Shown: positions 9,123 through 17,295 of the stretch, one piece after another
How the letters are laid out: the number at the start of each line of letters is the position of its first letter
How positions within the stretch are numbered: the stretch's first letter is position 1
Origin: Eubacteriales bacterium
Lineage (GTDB): Bacteria; Bacillota; Clostridia; Oscillospirales; CAG-272
DNA: 27,160 nt
Direction of reading: 5' to 3'
Assembly: GCA_045596785.1 (NCBI GenBank)
Contig: JAZODB010000103.1
Coordinates: 1-27,160, forward strand
The notes under the pieces: generated by a model
Seen by the model: the letters and a program-made list of their open reading frames with translations, nothing else
Database searches by the model: none
What the model was told of the DNA's origin: nothing
Program-made: the position numbers and the translations under genes

Positions 9123-9212
9123 GCAAAAAACACAGTGTAATTGCTCTTTCCTCAAAACAATTCCGCGCACATCGCACTTATTTACAATAATATATTTTTG
9201 GAGGATATACTT

Positions 9213-10328
9213 TTGATTATCGCACTCGAAGAAGCAAAATACAAATTGGAAAATTTCAGGAAAAATATAGCGGAACTCGGCAGCGCTTTGCGAATAGATG
9301 AGTTGAGAAAAAAAGCCGCAGAGCTTGAAGAAACCACATCTGCCGCGGAATTTTGGAACGACCAGGAAAACTCCGGAAAAATACTCAAGGAAATCAAACG
9401 CATTAAAGGAAAAATCACCGAATACGAATCTCTTGAAGCAAAGCTTGAAGATACAATCACGCTTGCAGAGCTTGCAATAGAGGAAAATGACGAATCACTC
9501 GTTGAAGAAGTGGAAGCTGATGTCCGCGCAATCGAAGAAGAGGAAGAACGCCAGAGAATTGAAATTCTCCTCTCCGGTGAATATGACCAAAACAACGCAA
9601 TAATAAGCTTCCATCCCGGAGCCGGCGGAACCGAGGCGCAGGACTGGGCACAGATGCTTTACCGAATGTACACTCGTTGGGGTGAACGTCATGGGTACAA
9701 TGTAAAGCTTCTCGATTGGCTTGACGGAGAAGAAGCAGGTCTTAAATCCGCAACAATCATGGTAGAAGGAGTGAACGCCTACGGATATCTGAAAGGCGAA
9801 AACGGTGTGCACAGACTTGTCCGCGTATCTCCGTTTGATGCTTCCGGCAGACGTCACACCTCATTTGCATCAGTTGAAGTTATGCCTGAGTTTGAGGATG
9901 ACAACACAATCGAAATCAAGGACGAAGATCTCGAAATCACCGCACATCGCTCATCCGGAGCCGGCGGACAGCATATCAACAAAACAGACTCCGCAATAAG
10001 AATCACGCATATTCCGACGGGTATTGTAGTAGGCTGTCAAACCGAGCGCAGCCAGCTTCAAAACAAAGAAACCGCAATGAAAATGCTCAAATCAAAGCTT
10101 ATGGAAATCAAGCAACGCGAAAAACTCGACAGAATCGACGATATCAAAGGTGTAAAAACAAATATAGAATGGGGTGCTCAGATTCGTTCGTACGTGTTTA
10201 TGCCGTACACGCTCGCCAAGGATACCCGTACAAGCTACGAGGACGGAAATATCCAAGCTGTCATGGACGGTGAAATAGACGGATTTATAAATGCGTATTT
10301 GAAAATGAACGCCGCCACTGTGGGATGA
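9213..10328 (+). CDS. prfB: Peptide chain release factor 2, encoded in one uninterrupted frame
   Basis: SPF motif (RVSPFD), GGQ motif (SGAGGQHINKTDSAIR), WGAQIRSYV. TTG at 9213 with GGAGG upstream is the likely start, not 9141. Confidence 0.97.
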   Translation: MIIALEEAKYKLENFRKNIAELGSALRIDELRKKAAELEETTSAAEFWNDQENSGKILKEIKRIKGKITEYESLEAKLEDTITLAELAIEENDESLVEEVEADVRAIEEEEERQRIEILLSGEYDQNNAIISFHPGAGGTEAQDWAQMLYRMYTRWGERHGYNVKLLDWLDGEEAGLKSATIMVEGVNAYGYLKGENGVHRLVRVSPFDASGRRHTSFASVEVMPEFEDDNTIEIKDEDLEITAHRSSGAGGQHINKTDSAIRITHIPTGIVVGCQTERSQLQNKETAMKMLKSKLMEIKQREKLDRIDDIKGVKTNIEWGAQIRSYVFMPYTLAKDTRTSYEDGNIQAVMDGEIDGFINAYLKMNAATVG

Positions 10329-10340
10329 GCCTAAATAGCA

Positions 10341-11114
10341 ATGAAAAAAGAAGAATCGCGATTTGAAGCCGGAACAGTATTTGAGGGAATGACATCAATC
10401 CGCGCAGTAATCAAAGCGTCGGAGCTCGGACTTGGGCGAAAAATACACGAGATTATTGTTGACACGGCACGTCAAGCAAGCCGTGAAAAAGATATTGCAT
10501 GGCTCACTCATAAGGCGAAGGAGTTGGAATTTTCAATACGATTCACATCGGAGCGGGAGATACAGAGTATTACTGTCGGAAGCTCTCACGGAGGAATTGT
10601 TGCGCTCTGCGGAGAACGTAAGATACCGTCTCTTTCGAAATTTGAAATCAAGCAAAACGGATTCTACGTAATGCTTGAAGGAATCGAAGATCCATATAAC
10701 TTCGGTTATGCGCTCCGCTCTCTGTATGCATGCGGTGCAGATGGAGTGGTCCTCTCTCCGAGAAATTGGATGAGTGCCGCAGGAGTCGTATGCCGCTCGT
10801 CAGCCGGAGCATCGGAGCTTCTGCCGATTTGCGTAAGTGAGCCCGTTGAATCGACAGTATATTTCAAAAAATACGGCTACAAAGTGCTTTGCGCCGGAAT
10901 CAGAAATTCCGTCTCATCATTTGAAGCAGATATGAAAAAGCCGATTTACTTAATTGTCGGCGGTGAAAAGCGCGGAATTTCAAGTGCACTTCTCGAAAAA
11001 GCGGACAGCATTGTCCGCATCGATTACGGTCGGGAGTTCGGAGGCTCACTTTCCGCAGCATCAGCCGCATCAATCCTCGCATATGAGGTGCTTCGACAGA
11101 GCTTTGCAAAATAG
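10341..11114 (+). CDS. TrmH/SpoU-family RNA 2'-O-methyltransferase
   Basis: SPOUT motifs: LEGIEDPYNFGYALRS, VGGEKRGIS, SLSAASAASILAYE. Substrate cannot be assigned from sequence. Confidence 0.88.
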   Translation: MKKEESRFEAGTVFEGMTSIRAVIKASELGLGRKIHEIIVDTARQASREKDIAWLTHKAKELEFSIRFTSEREIQSITVGSSHGGIVALCGERKIPSLSKFEIKQNGFYVMLEGIEDPYNFGYALRSLYACGADGVVLSPRNWMSAAGVVCRSSAGASELLPICVSEPVESTVYFKKYGYKVLCAGIRNSVSSFEADMKKPIYLIVGGEKRGISSALLEKADSIVRIDYGREFGGSLSAASAASILAYEVLRQSFAK

Positions 11115-11139
11115 CCCTCTCGGCAAAAGGAGTATACCT

Positions 11140-11226
11140 TTGAAAAACATTATTTTAAGTGCCGACAACGAAAGTAAGCTTTTCTGTGTCCCCGATGATG
11201 TTGCAGACAACACTGAAAAGATTTAA
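11140..11226 (+). pseudogene. 28-codon ORF with strong RBS, probable N-terminal remnant of a longer hypothetical gene
   Basis: AAGGAG, 7 nt, TTG, then MKNIILSADNESKLFCVPDDVADNTEKI-TAA-TAA. From memory it resembles the start of ~100-aa clostridial hypothetical proteins beginning MKNVILSADGDS..YSVPD.VA.NL; not verified by search. Confidence 0.45.
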
Positions 11227-11233
11227 TAATCAG

Positions 11234-11274
11234 AAAATCGCATCTCCGAAATTAATCGAAAGGTGCGTTTTTTT
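11234..11274 (+). terminator. Probable intrinsic terminator
   Basis: CGCATCT...AGGTGCG imperfect stem followed by a run of 7 T. Confidence 0.55.
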
Positions 11275-11295
11275 ATTCCTTATAAAAGTATATTA

Positions 11296-11324
11296 TTTAC
11301 AAACTCGAATTGACATGGTATAAT
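11296..11324 (+). promoter_or_regulatory. sigmaA promoter for DUF951-yfhO-ruvAB-udg
   Basis: TTTACA (11296-11301), 17 nt, TATAAT (11319-11324), with extended -10 TGgTATAAT. Confidence 0.75.
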
Positions 11325-11362
11325 AATACAGTAAGAATTAATAGTATCGGCGGGAGTTAACA

Positions 11363-11572
11363 ATGAATATACCTAAAATCTCGGTCGGAGATAAGCTCGA
11401 GATGAAAAAAAAGCATCCGTGCGGTGCATATGTTTTCAGTGTTTTGAGAATCGGAAGCGATATTCGCATTGTATGTGACGGCTGTGGAAGGGATCTCGTA
11501 ATTCCGCGCGAAAAGCTTGAACGAGCAATAAAAAAAATTCATCATACGGAAGAAGTGCATCATGAACAATAA
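11363..11572 (+). CDS. DUF951 family small protein
   Basis: GDKLEMKKKHPCG...VLRIGSDIRIVCDGCGR signature; GGGAG RBS. Confidence 0.88.
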   Translation: MNIPKISVGDKLEMKKKHPCGAYVFSVLRIGSDIRIVCDGCGRDLVIPREKLERAIKKIHHTEEVHHEQ

Positions 11573-14399
11573 CGAAACAGCTCTTTCCGAAAAAAGATAT
11601 AAAAAATTTTATTTGTCCGATAATGCAAAGCTTTTGCTTCTGTGCTTTGCCGTGCCTTTTTTTTCAATGATATTTTTATACTGCACAATTACAGTTTGGC
11701 CGCTCGGCAAGCACTCGGTTTTAGTGCTTGATTTAAACGCGCAGTATATATACTATTTTGAGGAGCTCCGAAACATTATACTTGAGGGTGACTCAATTCT
11801 CTACTCTTTCAACCGCGCTCTCGGCGGAGAATTTATGGGAATTTTCGCGTATTATCTGTCAAGTCCGTTTTCCCTTATTGTTGCTCTGTTTCCGAAAGAA
11901 AATATCACGGAAGCCATGTACCTCATCCTCGTTTTAAAAACAGGCTGCTGCGGACTGTCGTTCGGATATTATCTGACGAAAAAACGCTCGCTGAAACCTA
12001 TATACACGGTAATTTTTGCATTGCTTTACGCACTTTCCTCATACGTGGTGGTTCTCCAGCACAATGTAATGTGGATAGACAATGTTATTATATTCCCTAT
12101 AATACTTCTTGCTGTCGATGAGCTGATATGCCGCGGAAAATTCAAGCTGTACGTCATATCCCTCGTCTACTCGATAATGTCAAACTTCTACATCGGATAC
12201 ATGACATGCCTTTTTGTTCTCGTATGGTTCTTCGTGCGCTATTTCATGCTTGAAAAATCCGAGAGAAATCCGAACGGAACGCGCGCCCATTTCCCCCGCA
12301 CTCTATGTCGTATCGCTGTATGGTCAATTGTAGCCTGCATGATTTCAGCTATAATCATTCTTCCCGTTTACTACTCCCTGACCTTTGGCAAGCTCGAATT
12401 CTCCGACCCAAAATACACCCCCAAGCAGCTTTTCGATTTTGCGGATTTGCTTACTAAATCATTCTTCGGCTCATATGATACCGTTCGCCCGGCAGGAATG
12501 CCGTTTATCTATTGCGGTACTCTTGCACTGATTCTTGCACCGCTGTACTTCATATCAAGTGAGTTTCCGACAAGGCGCAAAGTCGGATACGCGGTTATGA
12601 TGCTGTTTTTGATAATAGGCTTCAATTTCAATATAGCCGATATAATTTGGCACGGTATGCAGCGTCCCAATTGGATGAACTCGCGATTCGCATTTATGTT
12701 CGTTTGTCTGATGCTTATTATGGCTTCCTCTGTCATGGAAAAGCTCGGTAAAATCGGAGAAAATACAGTACAGCTCTCGTCGGTACTCTGGTGTGCCGGT
12801 CTCGTCATACTTGCGAAAATAGGATATGACAATCTTCCCGATTTCCTTGCGGTTTGGACCGGAATCGCACTTTTTATAGCTTTTGCCGCAATTCTGCCAT
12901 CTTGCGTTCGCTTTGCGAAAAATCCCGAAACATGCAAAAAAGCCGCAGGAGCTCTTTGTGCCGTCGTAATTATAGAAGCTCTCGGAAACGGCGTCGCCAT
13001 GCTGTACTCTCTTGATGACGACGTGACGTATTCCAAAAGAAGCTCGTACAGGAGCATGAACGACACCTATAAGGAAGCGGTTGATATTATCGACTCGCTC
13101 GGCGATGACACTTTTTACCGCGCGGAAAAACTTGTGCACCGAAAGAAAAACGACAATTTTGCTATCGGAATTAACGGTCTTTCAAACTCAACATCAACGC
13201 TCAACGCTCGCGCAATTGATTTGCTTGCTCAATTCGGATTCGCGTCAATGTCTCATTGGTCATTGTATGCCGGAGCAACACCTGTTTCCGATGCACTTTT
13301 CGGAATAAAATATATTATGGCTGACGAAACCGACGACAAGCCTGTAATGGATTACATCCACAATTTGTATACACTAAAGGGTTCTACCGATGACGAAATT
13401 GATGTATACGAAAATCCGTACGCTCTGTCTGTCGCATATTCGGTGAATAAAGAAATTCTTGAATACGATGTTCCTCCGAAAGATGATGAGGAAGATAAAT
13501 ACACCGACCCTTTCACCTACATGAACAATCTTTTATCTGTAATGACAGGTGAAACAATAACGGTATGGACACGCTGTGATATTAAAAACACAGACTACGT
13601 CGGATGTGATATCAGCCTTGCCGAAGGGCACCGAGGATATATCAAAGACGGAAGTCCAAGCTCGTATCTGAAATATGTTGTAAATATAGAATACGATATG
13701 CCTGTATTCGTTTATTTCCCATCCGACTATCCTCGCGATGCGGTCATGAAACTGAACGGAAAAGAAATCGGGAATTATTTTGAAGGAGAGGATTTCTCAA
13801 TCCGCGAGCTCGGCACATTTGAGCCGGGTGAAGAATTGGATTTCAAGTTATACCTTAAAGAAGAAAAAATGTATGTTCGCACGGGCTGCGGATATTTCTG
13901 GTACTTCGATGAAAATGCCTTTAAAGATGCCATTGCCATGCTGAAAGGCGGTGTAATGACCGCATATTCGGAAAAAGATGACGAAATTCACGGCACAATA
14001 ACAGTTCCCGAAAACAATTCCGATGATAATTCCTCAGAGAACAAAAACTCTGTCATCATGACCACAATCCCATATGACGCAGGGTGGCGAGTAACCGTTG
14101 ACGGAAACGAAGTCGAAACTTGTGCAGTACTTAATGATACACTTCTTGCTGTTGAAGCAGAGCCGGGAGAACATGAGCTTATATTCGAGTACAAGCCCGA
14201 CTGCGTTAAATACGGTCTGATTATAACATTTGCGGGGATTCTTATTTTCACCGCTGCGTGTGTCTCGGAATACTTTGTTAAAAAACACCTTGCGGCAAAA
14301 AGCAATGGCAACGCATATGACAATTTGAAAACATTTAAAGTAATGCCCGACGAAAGCGTCTTAAATAACTCCGAAAACGAGGATAATACGGATGATTGA
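11562..14399 (+). CDS. yfhO: YfhO-family membrane protein (GT-C type glycosyltransferase)
   Basis: 945 aa with many TM segments. DLNAQYIYY, LGGEFMGIFAYYLSSPF, SNFYIGYMTC, and C-terminal TTIPYDAGWRVTVDG...G.HEL.FEY.P motifs. Confidence 0.88.
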   Translation: MNNNETALSEKRYKKFYLSDNAKLLLLCFAVPFFSMIFLYCTITVWPLGKHSVLVLDLNAQYIYYFEELRNIILEGDSILYSFNRALGGEFMGIFAYYLSSPFSLIVALFPKENITEAMYLILVLKTGCCGLSFGYYLTKKRSLKPIYTVIFALLYALSSYVVVLQHNVMWIDNVIIFPIILLAVDELICRGKFKLYVISLVYSIMSNFYIGYMTCLFVLVWFFVRYFMLEKSERNPNGTRAHFPRTLCRIAVWSIVACMISAIIILPVYYSLTFGKLEFSDPKYTPKQLFDFADLLTKSFFGSYDTVRPAGMPFIYCGTLALILAPLYFISSEFPTRRKVGYAVMMLFLIIGFNFNIADIIWHGMQRPNWMNSRFAFMFVCLMLIMASSVMEKLGKIGENTVQLSSVLWCAGLVILAKIGYDNLPDFLAVWTGIALFIAFAAILPSCVRFAKNPETCKKAAGALCAVVIIEALGNGVAMLYSLDDDVTYSKRSSYRSMNDTYKEAVDIIDSLGDDTFYRAEKLVHRKKNDNFAIGINGLSNSTSTLNARAIDLLAQFGFASMSHWSLYAGATPVSDALFGIKYIMADETDDKPVMDYIHNLYTLKGSTDDEIDVYENPYALSVAYSVNKEILEYDVPPKDDEEDKYTDPFTYMNNLLSVMTGETITVWTRCDIKNTDYVGCDISLAEGHRGYIKDGSPSSYLKYVVNIEYDMPVFVYFPSDYPRDAVMKLNGKEIGNYFEGEDFSIRELGTFEPGEELDFKLYLKEEKMYVRTGCGYFWYFDENAFKDAIAMLKGGVMTAYSEKDDEIHGTITVPENNSDDNSSENKNSVIMTTIPYDAGWRVTVDGNEVETCAVLNDTLLAVEAEPGEHELIFEYKPDCVKYGLIITFAGILIFTAACVSEYFVKKHLAAKSNGNAYDNLKTFKVMPDESVLNNSENEDNTDD

Positions 14400-15039
14400 A
14401 ACTTTATACGGAAAAATAATAGAGCTTAACGCCTCGGCGTGCTCTGCAATAATCGAATGCTGCGGAATCGGCTACCGCATCACGGTAACTGCAAATACGC
14501 TCTCCCACCTCCCCTCCCCGAAGTATTCCCCTGACGGAGGTTCGTCGGGAAGCGACCCCATAAGAATATACACGCATATGGCAGTGCGTGAAGACGGAGT
14601 AGAGCTATACGGCTTCTATTCAAATGAGGAACTTAGAATGTTCCGTCTCCTGATAAGCGTATCCGGAGTCGGACCTAAAGCTGCAATATCCATACTTTCG
14701 CTGTTCACTCCGATGAAGCTTGCCGCAGCTGTCGCTGAGGGTGATACCAAATCAATCTCTCGCGCACCCGGAGTGGGAGCGAAAACCGCCGCGCGAATAT
14801 CCCTTGATTTGAAAGATAAGATAGCTAAACAATTCCCTCTTCTTGCCGATACATCCGAATCCCCCGAATTGTCGGAAGCTTTCGTACCGTCAAGCTCAAG
14901 CAAGCTTAATGACGCGCGAGACGCGCTGTCAGTTCTCGGATACTCACGCTCGGAAATTGCGGCTGCAATGAAAAATATTGATTTTTCTCTTCCACTCGAA
15001 GATATAATAAAAAAAGCTCTCGCTGTTTTAATGAAATAA
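14392..15039 (+). CDS. ruvA: Holliday junction branch migration protein RuvA
   Basis: IGY.I, HMAVRED..ELYGF, LISVSGVGPKAA and APGVGAKTAARI HhH motifs, C-terminal domain III (ALSVLGY). Overlaps yfhO by 8 nt. Confidence 0.96.
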   Translation: MIETLYGKIIELNASACSAIIECCGIGYRITVTANTLSHLPSPKYSPDGGSSGSDPIRIYTHMAVREDGVELYGFYSNEELRMFRLLISVSGVGPKAAISILSLFTPMKLAAAVAEGDTKSISRAPGVGAKTAARISLDLKDKIAKQFPLLADTSESPELSEAFVPSSSSKLNDARDALSVLGYSRSEIAAAMKNIDFSLPLEDIIKKALAVLMK

Positions 15040-15063
15040 TGCGACTGCACTATGGAGTAAATA

Positions 15064-16128
15064 ATGGATTCAAATGAATTTGATTTTGAAAATCGAATAA
15101 TGACATCAAGCTTTACCGCGGAAGATTCCGATAACGATTCAAGTTTGCGCCCGCATTCTCTTGAAGAATACATCGGACAGGAAAAAGCCAAAGAAAATCT
15201 GCAAATTTTGATTAATGCCGCAAAGCTTCGCGGAGAGTGCATTGACCATGTGCTTTTATACGGACCTCCCGGACTCGGAAAAACCACACTTTCCGCTATA
15301 ATTGCAAACGAAATGGGAGTAAATCTCAGAATCACCTCAGGTCCCGCCATCGAAAAGCGCGGAGACCTCGCGGCACTTCTCTCAAATCTTGCCGAGGGTG
15401 ACGTACTGTTTATAGACGAAATCCACCGTATGCCGCGAACAATCGAAGAAATATTGTATCCCGCAATGGAGGATTTTGCTCTCGACATCATAATCGGAAA
15501 GGGACCCGCCGCACGCAGTATCCATCTGCCGCTCGCCCATTTCACATTAATAGGGGCAACTACACGCGCAGGACAGCTTTCCACGCCTCTGAGAGACAGA
15601 TTCGGTGTGCAAATGCGTCTTGAGCTCTACACGCCCGAGGAGCTTTCCACAATCGTTACCCGAAGCGCATCGATACTCGATGTTCCGATTGATGATGACG
15701 GAGCCATGGAAATAGCATCACGCTCGCGCGGAACACCTCGTATTGCAAACAGATTGCTGAAACGAGTGCGTGATTTTGCGCAGGTACGCGGAGACGGAAG
15801 AATAACGCTCGATATAGCTCGCTCCGCTCTTGCAATGCTTGAGATAGACGAACTCGGCCTCGACAATACCGACCGACGGATGCTTGAAACAATAATCCGC
15901 TTCTACAAAGGAGGTCCCGTCGGTCTTGAAGCTCTTGCCGCCACAATCGGTGAAGAAGCCATAACAATTGAGGATGTATGTGAGCCGTATCTCCTTCAAA
16001 TCGGTTTCCTTGCTCGAACAATGCGCGGACGTGTTGTGACAAAGCTCGGATATGAGCATCTCGGAATACCGTATACCGAAAAAGATGAATCACCGCTTTC
16101 ATCTCAAATCGGGCTGTCGGAAGAATAA
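15064..16128 (+). CDS. ruvB: Holliday junction branch migration helicase RuvB
   Basis: [52 protein letters not shown]. Confidence 0.98.
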   Translation: MDSNEFDFENRIMTSSFTAEDSDNDSSLRPHSLEEYIGQEKAKENLQILINAAKLRGECIDHVLLYGPPGLGKTTLSAIIANEMGVNLRITSGPAIEKRGDLAALLSNLAEGDVLFIDEIHRMPRTIEEILYPAMEDFALDIIIGKGPAARSIHLPLAHFTLIGATTRAGQLSTPLRDRFGVQMRLELYTPEELSTIVTRSASILDVPIDDDGAMEIASRSRGTPRIANRLLKRVRDFAQVRGDGRITLDIARSALAMLEIDELGLDNTDRRMLETIIRFYKGGPVGLEALAATIGEEAITIEDVCEPYLLQIGFLARTMRGRVVTKLGYEHLGIPYTEKDESPLSSQIGLSEE

Positions 16129-16145
16129 TATGAATCGGAGTTAGT

Positions 16146-16703
16146 ATGGATTTTACGGAGCTTGAAGAAAAATGCACCTCCTGCCGCGGATGCGAACTTT
16201 ATAAAACGAGGAAAAATCTTGTCTTTGGCTGCGGAAACCCCTCAGCAGAGCTGATGTTTGTCGGAGAAGCCCCCGGCGAACGAGAGGATGTCATGGGAAT
16301 ACCGTTTGTAGGAGCCGCAGGACAGCTTCTCGACAAATACCTCGCCGCAGTCGGAATCGAACGCAATGACGTTTATATTGCAAATATTCTGAAATGCCGT
16401 CCTCCGCAAAACCGAGATCCTCTCCCCGAAGAATCGGATGCCTGCATCGGTTTTCTCAGAGAACAGGTTAAACTTATACATCCTAAAATCATAGTATGTC
16501 TCGGCAGAATTTCGGCGGCGCGGCTCATCAGACAGGATTTTAAAATCACCCGTGAACATGGAGTTCTGATAAAAAAAGGCTCTTATACAATGACTGCTGT
16601 CTACCATCCCGCCGCTCTTCTGCGCGACTCTTCAAAAAAAGAAGATATGCTGCGCGATATGAAGAAAATCAAAAAATTCCTTGACGACATGATCGCCAAG
16701 TGA
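16146..16703 (+). CDS. Uracil-DNA glycosylase family 4 (4Fe-4S)
   Basis: CxxC cluster ligands, VGEAPG..ED..G.PFVG.AG, NILKCRPP.NRDP, YHPAALLR. Confidence 0.93.
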   Translation: MDFTELEEKCTSCRGCELYKTRKNLVFGCGNPSAELMFVGEAPGEREDVMGIPFVGAAGQLLDKYLAAVGIERNDVYIANILKCRPPQNRDPLPEESDACIGFLREQVKLIHPKIIVCLGRISAARLIRQDFKITREHGVLIKKGSYTMTAVYHPAALLRDSSKKEDMLRDMKKIKKFLDDMIAK

Positions 16704-16723
16704 AGCTTGCAGCTTAAAAACAC

Positions 16724-16767
16724 AAAAGTCCCACACGTTCTTCAAAACAAAGACGTGCGGGACTTTT
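16724..16767. terminator. Bidirectional intrinsic terminator between convergent units
   Basis: AAAAGTCCCACACGT...ACGTGCGGGACTTTT. The single mismatch is a G-U pair in minus-strand RNA but A-C in plus-strand RNA, so it should be slightly stronger for the minus-strand unit. Confidence 0.85.
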
Positions 16768-16820
16768 ATTCGTTTCGGCAATTTAAAAATACCTGACAAA
16801 ATCGCCATGTATTCCGAGGC

Positions 16821-17291
16821 TCAGTTTCTCGTCGCTTTCTCGGCGTCAATTGCAAGCACAAGCATGAGCACATTAAGCGCAAGGTCCGAATTAACGACAT
16901 CAATGCAGTATGTATCGGTGAAATTCATCAGTTCCTTTGATACCGTTGCAATATGCGAACCCGACATATCGGAGATGCTGTAATCCCATTCGAAAAAATC
17001 TCCCTCAACATGCCATCCGAGATAATCAATATCAAACGACGGCTTGAAGAACGAAAATTCCTTTCGTATCACCCCGGCGTATTCATCTCCTATGTAAATT
17101 TCAAACTGCGGTAAAAATGTCATAACACGCTGTTTCACGGTACCGAGATAGTCCTCTCCCGCTCCATAAACATGCAGACATTTTCCCCACGCAAGCTGTC
17201 CCTGCACGCTGTATATGACAGAACCTGCTTCATCGTAAATATCATAAGAGTCAAACCACGAAAAAAATCTTTGCTTGAACAATAGTCTCAT
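16821..17291 (-). CDS. LURP-one-related / YxjI-like (scramblase/tubby-like) protein
   Basis: MRLLFKQRFFSWFDSYDIYDE...V.G....F.P.FEIY...W.VEGDFFEWDY.I...TDTY.I..LVLAID pattern. ATG at 17291 with AAAGGA RBS preferred over 17318. Confidence 0.85.
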   Translation of the reverse strand: MRLLFKQRFFSWFDSYDIYDEAGSVIYSVQGQLAWGKCLHVYGAGEDYLGTVKQRVMTFLPQFEIYIGDEYAGVIRKEFSFFKPSFDIDYLGWHVEGDFFEWDYSISDMSGSHIATVSKELMNFTDTYCIDVVNSDLALNVLMLVLAIDAEKATRN

Positions 17292-17295
17292 TAAT

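Noticed and set aside
9120-9143. Cys-rich ORF is in frame with prfB and ends in UGA, suggesting a readthrough fusion
   Set aside because: An in-frame TAA at 9138-9140 blocks any fusion.
9141-9212. N-terminal extension of RF2 in the ORF track
   Set aside because: No RBS at 9141, AT-rich non-RF2-like sequence, and a strong GGAGG points to TTG 9213.
9618-9970. Direct repeat GGAGCCGGCGGA occurring twice in prfB
   Set aside because: It encodes the two conserved GAGG peptides of RF2 (GAGGTEA and GAGGQ), so it is not a mobile or regulatory repeat.
11310-11324. Perfect TTGACA only 3 nt before TATAAT
   Set aside because: The spacing is impossible for a -35; the correctly spaced -35 is TTTACA at 11296. 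No matching -10 lies 17 nt downstream of the TTGACA.
14616-15584. 322-aa antisense ORF over ruvA-ruvB, and similar ORFs such as 1749..2540, 18870..19454, 19827..20390 and 12509..13139
   Set aside because: Shadow frames of strongly conserved genes, with Ser/Arg/Phe-biased composition, no RBS and no recognisable motif.
16146-16703. Possible UdgX (covalent suicide glycosylase)
   Set aside because: The KRRIH R-loop motif is absent and there is no adjacent radical SAM gene; an ordinary family 4 UDG.
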